64,000 nucleotides of DNA from an uncultured delta proteobacterium (lineage in GTDB: Bacteria > Myxococcota > Kuafuiibacteriia > Kuafuiibacteriales > Kuafuiibacteriaceae). How positions within the stretch are numbered: the stretch's first letter is position 1; every line of letters begins with the position of its first letter. The stretch covers positions 1 through 64,000 of the forward strand of contig CAWDML010000005.1 in NCBI GenBank assembly GCA_963803435.1, read 5' to 3'. The notes beneath the pieces are model-generated. The model searched no databases. It saw only the letters and a program-made list of their open reading frames with translations, and was not told the DNA's origin. Both the position numbers and the translations under genes were made by a program. This document shows, piece by piece, positions 12,064-22,316 of this stretch.

Positions 12064-12090
12064 GCTTCGGTCTCCTCGGCGCAGAGCAAG

Positions 12091-12106
12091 AGCAGAAGAC
12101 GTGCCA
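12091..12106 (-). promoter_or_regulatory. Putative sigma54 (-24/-12) promoter for the TPR gene
   Basis: The - strand reads TGGCACGTCTTCTGCT (GG-N10-GC) about 30 bp upstream of the ATG, just downstream of a sigma54 activator gene. Confidence 0.7.
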
Positions 12107-12206
12107 GTCTGATCGGATCTTCGAAACTGCTCGAGAATCGTCGCTGCGGGTCGGGTGACGCCCGGGTGGGCGGGTGTCGTCGACCACGCGCTGGATCACG
12201 CGGTCG

Positions 12207-13573
12207 TCAGCGCAGCCCCAGTGCCTTGAGCTTCTTGTGAAAGTTCGAGCGCTCCACCCCGAGCGCGCGCGCGGTGTCCGCCACCACGCCCCCGTGGGCC
12301 TCCAGCGCCTCCAACACGATCTGGCGCTCCGCCTGCTCGACGCTGTCCGACAGCTTCATCCCCGGCTGGTAGCTGGCGCGGGGAGCCGTCTTCTTCGAGG
12401 GAACGAACTCGCGGATGTCGCCCTCGTCCAGCGTCTCCGCCTGCGGCGGCGCCAGGATCACGATCCGCTCCACCAGGTTCCGGAGCTCGCGCACGTTGCC
12501 GGGATAGTCGTGCCCGGCGAGGACGGCCATCGCTCGATCCGTGAGAACGGGCGCGCGCCGGTGGTTCCGCGCCGCGGCCTCGCGGACGAACTGCCCGATC
12601 AACACCGGGATGTCCTCCTTCCGGTCGCGCAGCGGCGGCGACACCAGCGGCACCACGTTCAACCGGTAGTAGAGGTCCTCGCGGAATCGGCTCTCTTCGA
12701 TCTCGACCTGCAGGTCCTTGTTGGTGGCGGCGACTACGCGAACGTCGACGCGGATCGTGGCGTTGCCACCAACGCGCTCAAGCTCTCCGGTCTGAAGCAC
12801 GCGGAGCAACTTGGCTTGCATCGCCGCCGGCATGTCGCCGACCTCGTCGAGAAAGAGCGTCCCCTCGTGCGCGCGCTCGAACTTGCCGATCTTCCGCGAC
12901 ACCGCGCCGGTGAACGCCCCCTTCTCGTGCCCGAACAGCTCCGACTCGATCAGCTCCGCCGGGACCGCCGCGCAGTTGATCGACACGAAGGGCTTGCCGC
13001 TCCGGTGCGAGTTCGCGTGGATCGCCTGCGCGATCAGCTCCTTCCCGGTGCCGTTCTCACCGGTGATCAGCACCCGCCCCTCGCTCTTCGCGACCCGCTC
13101 GACCTGCTCCAGCAGCGCCTTGACGGCGCGCGATCGGCCCAGGATCTCCTGGCTCCCCCGGGCTCGTTCGGCCTCGTCCCGGAGCCGCTCGTTCTCGGCC
13201 TTCAACCGCGAGAGCTCGAGGACGTTCTGGAGCGTCAGCAGGAGCCGGTCCTGCCCGATCGGCTTCTCGAGAAAATCCGAGGCACCCAGGTGGAGCGCCT
13301 TCACCGCATCGTCGATCGTCCCGTGCCCGCTCATCATGATGATCGGGGATGATCCTCGTCTTTCGCCACCTCGGAGAGCAGATCGATGCCCACCCCGTCC
13401 GGAAGCTTCAGATCGAACATCGCCAGGTCGAAGCGCGTCGCCGACAGCGCGGTCCGAGCCTCCTGGATGGTCTTGGCGCCGGACACATCGTAACCCTCGA
13501 GCTCCAGTGCGCGCGTCAAGCTGAGCAAGATGTTCGGCTCGTCGTCGAGGATCAGGATCTTGGGGCTCCCCAT
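12207..13573 (-). CDS. Sigma54-dependent response regulator (REC-AAA+-Fis HTH, NtrC/NtrX-like); frameshift ~13345
   Basis: REC domain (ILILDDE, FDLKLPD) in 13334-13579; GENGTGKE, GAFTGA, LFLDEVG, GNVREL and HTH in 12207-13337. Adding one C in a C-run joins the two parts. Confidence 0.88.
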
Positions 13574-13575
13574 CG

Positions 13576-14331
13576 TCACTTCTTTTTCGAGCCCGGACGG
13601 CGGGCCGCGGCCTTGGGTCGCGGTCGCGCTCGCGGTTGAGGTCGTGGCCGCGTCGCCTCCTGCACCGCCTTGACCTTCGAGTTGGTGGCGGCGCGCGCCC
13701 GCTCCTCGAGCTCGTTCAGGTCCACGGAACCGAGCTGCTCGTTGAGCACCCGCACGGTCGCCTTGGCGCGGACAGTGGCAGGCTCCTTGCCGTCCGGATC
13801 GAGCTCGATCGCCTTGACCAGATCCGCCGCGCCCTCCGCGAGCCGCCCGACCATCACGCGCACCTCGCCCCGATTGGCATACGCGGTCGGCGAGAACGGG
13901 TTGATCTCGAGCGCGCGCGTGTACCGCTTCTCCGCCTCCTCGGCGTCGTTCTGCTGCTGCGCGATCGAGCCCAGCGCCGTGTGGAAGTAGGCGTCGTACG
14001 GGTCGAGCGCGATCAAACCCTCGAACACCTTCTTCGCCTCGGGGAGCTTGGCCGACGTCAGGTACGCGAAGCCGATGTCGGCGATCTGGTACTGCTGCTG
14101 CTTCGTGATGCCCTCGAGGTCGCCGAGGGTCATCTTGCCGGTCAGGAACTTGGCCAGGTGCGCCTCGCTATAGGTCCGACCGCCCGCCGACTCCGGCTCT
14201 GCCGGTGGGCTCTTGTCGAGCTTGAACGCCTCGACGAAGGACTGTTCCTTGGTCGTGCTGTCGCGGTCGACCTCCTGGCCGCCCACCTGGATGCGGCGTC
14301 GGGCCGGCTTGCCCGACTTCTTCTCGCTCAT
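13576..14331 (-). CDS. TPR protein resembling SycD/LcrH type III secretion chaperones
   Basis: GKMTLGDLEGITKQQQYQIADIG followed by three TPRs (FEGLIALDPYDAYFHTALG). Confidence 0.65.
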   Translation of the reverse strand: MSEKKSGKPARRRIQVGGQEVDRDSTTKEQSFVEAFKLDKSPPAEPESAGGRTYSEAHLAKFLTGKMTLGDLEGITKQQQYQIADIGFAYLTSAKLPEAKKVFEGLIALDPYDAYFHTALGSIAQQQNDAEEAEKRYTRALEINPFSPTAYANRGEVRVMVGRLAEGAADLVKAIELDPDGKEPATVRAKATVRVLNEQLGSVDLNELEERARAATNSKVKAVQEATRPRPQPRARPRPKAAARRPGSKKK

Positions 14332-14353
14332 TCGCCCCCCATCATCTGCCAAG

Positions 14354-17098
14354 TCAGGGGACGGGGTCGAGCCCGATGCTCCGCCTGACCACGGTGATGG
14401 TGAACGGCGACATCGTCCCGCGTTCTACCTCCAGGACCACCGGTGTTCCCGCGGGTCCCCGCAGATTCACCACCCAGTTCACGAGCGGCTCGCGCCCCGC
14501 AGGCGCGCCGTCGATCGCCGTGATCAGATCGCCGATCTCCATCCCCGCCTCGCGCGCGGGCGAGTCGTCCGTGAACCTGATCACCCGGATTCCGCGCTCG
14601 TCCCCCGCGAACATGATCCCGAGGCCGCCCTCCTTCTCCTCGTCGCCCCCTCGACTCTTGAGAACGATGTCACCGAGATCGGTGGGCCCTTCGGACGACA
14701 GATCGAACGGCAGCGAACCCCACGGATAGTAACCTTCCGCCCGCACGAACACGCGCAGCGGCTCCCCGGCCGGTACCTTGAGGGAGAAGCGGCCGTCGGT
14801 GCCCGTGTACATCCGTCCTCGTGCCCGGCCGAGCGCGCGCACCATCACGTTGGCGCGGGCCACCGGCTCGGACCTCTCGGAGAGCACGCGTCCCTGCAGC
14901 GCTCCTTGCGTGAAGACGGTGAGGTCCACGCCGCTCTTCTGCTCGTTGGCGGCGAGCTCGACCTCTCGGTGCGCCAGCCCCTGGTCCGCGGTGACCGACA
15001 CCGACACCTGGCCCGGTATCACGTCGTCGATCTGGTAATGCCCCGACGGATCCGACACGTAGATCGTGCGCGCCTCCAGATCGCTGGCGCGTCCGATCGA
15101 CCGCGCGGTGACGGTGTAGCGGACGACCGGTCTCCCGCTCTCTTGCTCCGTCACGCGCCCGGAGATCGATCCGGAGGCCAGCAGCGAGATCTCTGCGGGC
15201 GGACCGTTGGCGCGGAGCGTGACCAGCGCGCTGCGCCCCATGCGATCGTGCTCTGCGCGCACCGTGCACACGCCCCCGTTCTTCGGGTCGAACGAGAAGG
15301 CCCCGTCCGGACCGCTGCGCGCCACCACCTGGGCACCCTCCAGCCCGCGATCCCAGCCGCTGTCGCTGCACGACGCGATCACGCGCGCACCCTCGACCGG
15401 CGCCTGCCCCGCCACCACGGTGCCCGTGATCTTCCCCTGCTCGCGCCCGACGACCAGCTCGGCCTGTGCCGTCAAGTCGGCTTGCACCTTGACGCGGACC
15501 GGCTCGACACCGCGCGCGCCGATCCAGTACTCACCCGCGCTCAGCCCCTCGAACCGGACCTTGCCGTCCGCGCCGGTCTGACCGCCCTCGGCACGCTCGA
15601 GCCAGACGTGTACGTCGGCGACCGGCTGGTTGTCGCGATCCACGACCGACACCTCGATCGCGCCCGTCCCCTGGTCCCCGGGCAGCGAGACCACGATCTC
15701 CGGCCCGCAAAGCTGCGCCGATACGGTCGCCGTCCGGACCGAGCTGCCGACGGTTCGTGCGGTGACGACGCCCTCGCCCGCACCGCCCGTCGAGTCGAGC
15801 GCTTGTCCCGTCTCCCCGGCGACCTCCACCGCCTCGCCCTCCTTGGGCTGGACCGACACCATCACGGCCTGCGGCGGCTCCGCCGGGAGCACGCGGACGC
15901 GGGTGGTGCACGCACGGGACAGCGCCAGCGCCAGCGAGACCACGCCGGTCTGCACGTTCACCTCGACGTTCGCCGGCGTGTAGCCGTCCGCGCTGCCCGT
16001 CAGGACGTAGGCACCGCCCGTCAGCCCGCCCAGGGAGAAGCGGCCGGCCTCGTTCGTGATCGTCCCTCTGCGGATCGGCGCGCGATCGGAGCCCGGCCCC
16101 GTCGCGACGGCCTCGACCGCCGCGCCGGCGAGCGGTCCCTCCTCGCCGGTCACCACGCCCTGGATCCCGAGCGTGCCCTCCGACAGCTCGAGCCGGACCT
16201 CGGTGTACGGGAGCTCCACCTTCGCCGCCGCGTGCGCCTCCGCGAAGGCACCCTCGTGGTGCGCCTCCACCACCACCGCGCCGGGCCGGAGATTGCGGAT
16301 CACGAAGCGACCCTCCTCGTCGGTGATCGATCGTTCGCGCTCGCGCTCCCGAGGATTGCGCGCCGACACCGAGACACCGCCCACCGGTCCCTCAGCCGAG
16401 ACCACGATGCCGGCGATGGCGGCGCGCGCCTCCACAAACACCTCGACCGACTCCTCCCCCCGCGGCGCCAGGTGGACGTGCACCGGATCGCCGTCATCAC
16501 CGTCCTTTCCGCACTGCACCGCGAAGGCGCCCGGCGGCACCGACAGCCGGAAGCGCCCGTCGTCGTCGGTGAGGCCCGACCAGCTCAGTGCACCAATCCG
16601 ACCGTGCGCACCGGCCAGGCTCCCCCGCACCGTCGCCTCGGCCACCGGTGCGCCCGTCTCCAGATAGATGCAGCGACCGCTGAGCGTCGCGGCCAGCGGA
16701 TCCTTCGGAGGAAAGTGCAAGTCGAGTTGCAGGTGGCCGTCGCCGCTGCAGACCGCCCGCAGCGCGACCGTGCGTCCGTCGGCGGCGACCGCGACCAGGT
16801 GCAGGTCGCCCTGCTCCGGCACGTCGGCGGAGTACGCGCGACCGCCGCGGAGAAGCCGGGCGTCGAAGTCGATGCGCGCGCGCTGCGAGTGCACACGGAC
16901 CCGCTCTGCGACACCGTCGAAGATCAGCCCCTCGACCTGACACGGCGCGCCCTCCACCGGCGTCGGGCCCAGCGCAGCCGCGCGGACCGGATGCTCGGGA
17001 TCTTGGGTCCCGCCGGAGGTCGGCTCGGGACGGGGACGAAGGAGGAAGTAGGCCGCCACCGCGACGAGGATCGTGAGCGCGATCAGCCAGCGGCGCAT
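14354..17098 (-). CDS. Exported protein with multiple carboxypeptidase-regulatory-like (beta-sandwich) repeats and a C-terminal PDZ domain
   Basis: N-terminal TM; repeated G.V....PV.GA.V / TD.DGRF units; GLGIM...DSPAREAGMEIGDLITAIDG PDZ motif. Confidence 0.82.
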   Translation of the reverse strand: MRRWLIALTILVAVAAYFLLRPRPEPTSGGTQDPEHPVRAAALGPTPVEGAPCQVEGLIFDGVAERVRVHSQRARIDFDARLLRGGRAYSADVPEQGDLHLVAVAADGRTVALRAVCSGDGHLQLDLHFPPKDPLAATLSGRCIYLETGAPVAEATVRGSLAGAHGRIGALSWSGLTDDDGRFRLSVPPGAFAVQCGKDGDDGDPVHVHLAPRGEESVEVFVEARAAIAGIVVSAEGPVGGVSVSARNPRERERERSITDEEGRFVIRNLRPGAVVVEAHHEGAFAEAHAAAKVELPYTEVRLELSEGTLGIQGVVTGEEGPLAGAAVEAVATGPGSDRAPIRRGTITNEAGRFSLGGLTGGAYVLTGSADGYTPANVEVNVQTGVVSLALALSRACTTRVRVLPAEPPQAVMVSVQPKEGEAVEVAGETGQALDSTGGAGEGVVTARTVGSSVRTATVSAQLCGPEIVVSLPGDQGTGAIEVSVVDRDNQPVADVHVWLERAEGGQTGADGKVRFEGLSAGEYWIGARGVEPVRVKVQADLTAQAELVVGREQGKITGTVVAGQAPVEGARVIASCSDSGWDRGLEGAQVVARSGPDGAFSFDPKNGGVCTVRAEHDRMGRSALVTLRANGPPAEISLLASGSISGRVTEQESGRPVVRYTVTARSIGRASDLEARTIYVSDPSGHYQIDDVIPGQVSVSVTADQGLAHREVELAANEQKSGVDLTVFTQGALQGRVLSERSEPVARANVMVRALGRARGRMYTGTDGRFSLKVPAGEPLRVFVRAEGYYPWGSLPFDLSSEGPTDLGDIVLKSRGGDEEKEGGLGIMFAGDERGIRVIRFTDDSPAREAGMEIGDLITAIDGAPAGREPLVNWVVNLRGPAGTPVVLEVERGTMSPFTITVVRRSIGLDPVP

Positions 17099-17102
17099 CG
17101 CG

Positions 17103-18479
17103 TCACGCGACCGCGGCCGTGGCGATCCGCTCGAGGAGTCGGGTCGCGACCCGATCCGCTTCGGCGACGCAGCTCAGCATGGCAACTCCGCGGAACGCGT
17201 TCCCGGCCACGAACATTCCCGGGAGCGCGCGCTCGATCTCGTCTGCGGCCGCGACACAGGCGCGATGCCCGACGTCGTACTGCGGGATCCCGCGCTTCCA
17301 ACGGATCGCCCGCTCGAGCAACGGCTTCGCGTCGGCCCGGATCGAGAGCAGGCCTTCGAGCTCGCGGCGCGCCCGCTCGAACAGCGCCGCGTCCTCACCT
17401 TCGACATTCTCGGGATGGCGCACCCCGCCCAGGATCGTCCGGAGCATGACGGCGCCCGCCGGCGCGTGCTTGGGAAACACCGAGGAGGCCATGATGGTGC
17501 CGAGGATCGACCGGTGCTCGAGCTCCGGGATCAGGAAGCCGAAGGCATCCACAACACCGGCGATGTCGGCGCGATCGAAGCACTGGATCACGACGGCGAC
17601 GTCCGCGTACGCGACCGCTCCCAGCAGGCGCGCCGCCGACTCGGCGTGAGGGGCAAGGAGCTTCTCCGCGACGTCCGCCGGCACGGTCATCACCACGGCC
17701 TCGGCCTCGAGCACGCCGCCGCGATGCCGGACGCTCCACCGATCGCCGCTCCTCGCGATCGCCTCCACCGGGGCGGCCGTCCGGACCTCGACGCGCGCCG
17801 CCAGCGCCCCGGTCAGCTCCCCGAGACCGCCTGCGAAGGAGTGGAGCGTCCCGGTAGGACCACCGCCGCCGCTCCCCTTCTTCTCCCGGGCGAGCGCGAG
17901 CTGCGCCTTGATCAGCCCGCCGTAGTTGGACTCGAGCTCGAACATGCGCGGGAACGCCGAGGGCAACGAGAGCCGCTTCGGATCGCCGCCGTAGATCCCG
18001 GTGACCATCGCGTCCACCAGCACGTCGGCCGCGACCGGACCGATGCGCCGGGCCGCAAACTCCCAGACGCTCTCCTCTCGATCCGGACGCGATCTCGCGA
18101 GCGGCTCCATCATCACCCGGAGCCTGGCGAACAGCGGCAGGATGTCGGACAGGAGAAACTTCGGCGGTTTGCTCGGAACCTCGCGCAGCCGCCCCTTGCG
18201 CACCACGAACCGCCGCTCCGCCGCCTCGTTCGCCGAGATCAGCGAGCTCCGCAGCCCGAGCCGATCGATCAGCTCGAACATCTTCGGCTCCTTGTCGAGG
18301 AACCCGTGGGGACCCGTGTCGAGCACGAACCCCTCCTCGCGACGGCTCCGGATCTTGCCGCCAGGCTCCGGCGCGGCCTCGAGGACCACGGCGTGAAATC
18401 GCCCCTCGGAGCGGCGCTCGATCGCCTCGGCGGTGGCCAGGCCGGAGATTCCGCCGCCGACGATGGCGACTGTCGGCAT
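17103..18479 (-). CDS. hemG: Protoporphyrinogen/coproporphyrinogen oxidase (HemY/HemG type)
   Basis: VAIVGGGISGL FAD motif, DTGPHGF, GIYGGDP, IPQYDVGH. ATG overlaps the hemE stop. Confidence 0.92.
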   Translation of the reverse strand: MPTVAIVGGGISGLATAEAIERRSEGRFHAVVLEAAPEPGGKIRSRREEGFVLDTGPHGFLDKEPKMFELIDRLGLRSSLISANEAAERRFVVRKGRLREVPSKPPKFLLSDILPLFARLRVMMEPLARSRPDREESVWEFAARRIGPVAADVLVDAMVTGIYGGDPKRLSLPSAFPRMFELESNYGGLIKAQLALAREKKGSGGGGPTGTLHSFAGGLGELTGALAARVEVRTAAPVEAIARSGDRWSVRHRGGVLEAEAVVMTVPADVAEKLLAPHAESAARLLGAVAYADVAVVIQCFDRADIAGVVDAFGFLIPELEHRSILGTIMASSVFPKHAPAGAVMLRTILGGVRHPENVEGEDAALFERARRELEGLLSIRADAKPLLERAIRWKRGIPQYDVGHRACVAAADEIERALPGMFVAGNAFRGVAMLSCVAEADRVATRLLERIATAAVA

Positions 18480-19513
18480 CAGAGCCCCTGCGGCACACGA
18501 CGCACGCCGAGCCGCTTCACCGCGTCCACCAGCGCCGCCATGTTCTCGACCGGCGTCTCGGGCAGGATGCCATGCCCGAGGTTGAAGATGTGTCCCTTGA
18601 GTCCGCGGGCCTCGTTGAGCACCCGCTGCACCTCGCGCTCGATCCGCTCCTTCGGCGCGAGCAGCACACACGGATCCAGGTTGCCCTGCAGCGGCGTGCG
18701 GTTGTCGGTCAGCCGCCCCGCCACGTCGAGCGGCGTGGTCCAATCGACGCCCAGCACGTCGGCCCCGGACTGAGACAGCTCGGGCAGCGAGGCGTGCGCG
18801 CCCTTCGCGAAGACGATGACCGGCACACCCTTCACCTTCACGCGCTCCACGATCTCGATCGTGAAGGGCAGCGCGAAGTTGAGATAATCGTCGCGGGACA
18901 GGTAGCCCGCCCAGGAGTCGAAGATCTGGACGGCGGCGCACCCAGCCTCGACCTGCGCGATCAGGTGATCGGCGATGGTGTCGCGGAGCTTGCCGAGGAG
19001 AGCGCGCCCGACCCTGGGCTCGTTGTAGAGGAACGCCTTGGTGTGGGCGTAGCTCTTCGAGCCCCCGCCTTCAACGGCGTACGCCGCCAGCGTGAAGGGT
19101 GCCCCGGCAAAGCCGATGAGCGGCGTCTCCGGCATGGCCGCCCGGAAGGCCCGGATCGCGTCCAGCACGAAGCCCATGGTCCGGACGGGATCGGGCACCA
19201 CCAGCGCGTCGACATCGGCCTGGCTCGTGACTTTTTTACCCAGCACCGGCGCGGGATCGAAGTCGAGCGGGATCCCCATCGCCTCGACCGGGATCAGAAT
19301 GTCGCTGAAGATGATCGCAGCGTCGAGACCGAAGCGCCGGATAGGCTGCATGGTCACCTCGGCCGCCAACTCCGGAGATTTGCACAGGCCGAGAAAGCTG
19401 GTCTTGCTCCTGACCTCCAGATACTCCGGAAGGTAACGCCCCGCCTGGCGCATCACCCAGATCGGCGTGCGCTCGACCGGCTGACCGTGGCAAGCGCGCA
19501 CGAACAGGTTCAT
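18479..19513 (-). CDS. hemE: Uroporphyrinogen decarboxylase
   Basis: PIWVMRQAGRYLPEY, IGFAGAPFTL, HIFNLGHG. Confidence 0.97.
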   Translation of the reverse strand: MNLFVRACHGQPVERTPIWVMRQAGRYLPEYLEVRSKTSFLGLCKSPELAAEVTMQPIRRFGLDAAIIFSDILIPVEAMGIPLDFDPAPVLGKKVTSQADVDALVVPDPVRTMGFVLDAIRAFRAAMPETPLIGFAGAPFTLAAYAVEGGGSKSYAHTKAFLYNEPRVGRALLGKLRDTIADHLIAQVEAGCAAVQIFDSWAGYLSRDDYLNFALPFTIEIVERVKVKGVPVIVFAKGAHASLPELSQSGADVLGVDWTTPLDVAGRLTDNRTPLQGNLDPCVLLAPKERIEREVQRVLNEARGLKGHIFNLGHGILPETPVENMAALVDAVKRLGVRRVPQGL

Positions 19514-19593
19514 CGCGTCGATTAGAACACGGCGAATCTCCCGGTTCCATCACCTGCTTGGCTCGGGACCCCGATCGGTGCCAGTCTCCGCCG

Positions 19594-20031
19594 ATGTCGC
19601 TCGTTTTCACGTACGGGCCCGATGCCGTGGTCGGTCGCATGAGCGATCGCATCGTGGGCACGCGCTTCGTCGGGACCGCCATCCTCCACGATCATCGCCT
19701 CGTCTTCGACAAGCCCAACGTCAAGAAGAAGGGCGAGGGCCTCGCGAACGTCACGGCGCAAGAGGGTGGGAAGGTCTTCGGGCTCGTCTTCGAGGTCCCC
19801 TCGAATCAGATGGAGCTCCTCGACGGCTTCTTCGGCGGATACGGCCGCCGCGCGGTGAAGATCAGCATGAAGGGCGAGGAGATGGACGCCGACACCTGGG
19901 TGGCCCGCCGTACGGCGCCCCGCTTGCGCCCCTCCAGGCAGTCGATCGCCGAGACCCGACGCGGGATGGAAGAAAACGCCGCCCCTCGCGCGTTCATCGA
20001 GGAGCTCGACGGAATCGAGGTGCTGGCATGA
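19594..20031 (+). CDS. Gamma-glutamylcyclotransferase-family protein
   Basis: N-terminal VFTYG, L.DHRLVF, ANV...GKVFGLVFEV pattern. Confidence 0.65.
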   Translation: MSLVFTYGPDAVVGRMSDRIVGTRFVGTAILHDHRLVFDKPNVKKKGEGLANVTAQEGGKVFGLVFEVPSNQMELLDGFFGGYGRRAVKISMKGEEMDADTWVARRTAPRLRPSRQSIAETRRGMEENAAPRAFIEELDGIEVLA

Positions 20032-20267
20032 GCGCGAAGAGTGAGCTGATCGTGAAGTTCGTCCGGGGCGTATCCGAGGACGACGCCCGCTCCACCGCAG
20101 AGCGCGCCGGAGGTACCGTTCGCCGGAGGATGCGGGGCGACCACGACGACGAGGTCATGCTCCTCCTCAAGATCGATGGCGACGTCGCCTCGGTGAAGGC
20201 CAAGCTCGACGGCCGCGACGACGTCGTGCACACCGAGATCAACGAGGGCGGATTCGGCGTCCTCTAA
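20028..20267 (+). CDS. Small hypothetical protein (peptidase-propeptide-like)
   Basis: ATGA overlap with the previous stop; MSAKSELIVKF...VVHTEIN resembles subtilase pro-domains. Confidence 0.55.
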   Translation: MSAKSELIVKFVRGVSEDDARSTAERAGGTVRRRMRGDHDDEVMLLLKIDGDVASVKAKLDGRDDVVHTEINEGGFGVL

Positions 20268-20293
20268 GAGCGCTGACTTCGTCAGCCCCCGCG

Positions 20294-20730
20294 TCAGATC
20301 GAGATCAACCTCGAGATCAACGAGCCCCGACGGATCGCCTTTCCATCCTGATCCACGTCGGCGGCCACCTCCACGCAGCGGTCCTCCGCATCGAACAGCT
20401 TGAGCGTCAAGCGGTACCCCACGCGCCGATCGAACTCGAACTGGTGGCACAGGAGCAGCGAGGTACGCGGGTCGATGCGCGCGGCCGGAAGGTCGATCCG
20501 CGCTCGGTCGAGGAGCCGGGCCAGCGCCTGGGAGAGGTTGTGCTCGGGGTTCCGGATCATCTCCCCGATGGTGTGTCCGGTGATGAGCTGCTCGCGCGAA
20601 GTGATCAGGTCGGGCGACGCTCGCACGTCGCAGATCTCGGTGGGACGATCGTCATCGAGCGCAGCGCGCGGGACGGTCGCGATCACCGGCCGCGTGTCCG
20701 CCGTATCGCCCGGGGGCGGGCGCTTCGAGG

Positions 20731-20734
<4 letters not shown>
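20294..20734 (-). CDS. Hypothetical protein
   Basis: ATG overlaps the stop of the FHA activator gene; plausible amino-acid composition. Confidence 0.6.
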
Positions 20735-22104
<1,370 letters not shown>

Positions 22105-22316
22105 CGACGAGCACCAGGTCATTACGAGGCCCCGGACTCGACGTCAACCGGGCCTGACCGCGCAAGAGATCCACTACCACATTCCGGACCCCCAAAGAAC
22201 GCGGACCCCGGTAGATGTAGTCAACTTGACGCTGATTTTCGACGCATGAAACATTCGAGCACTCGTCTGGTGGCCCTACATCGGGGTCACGCTCGATGTG
22301 TTACGGAGGACCTCTC

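Noticed and set aside
14213-17449. 1078-aa + strand ORF and many similar Arg/Pro-rich long ORFs
   Set aside because: Antisense or off-frame shadows of well-supported genes; no motifs and biased composition.
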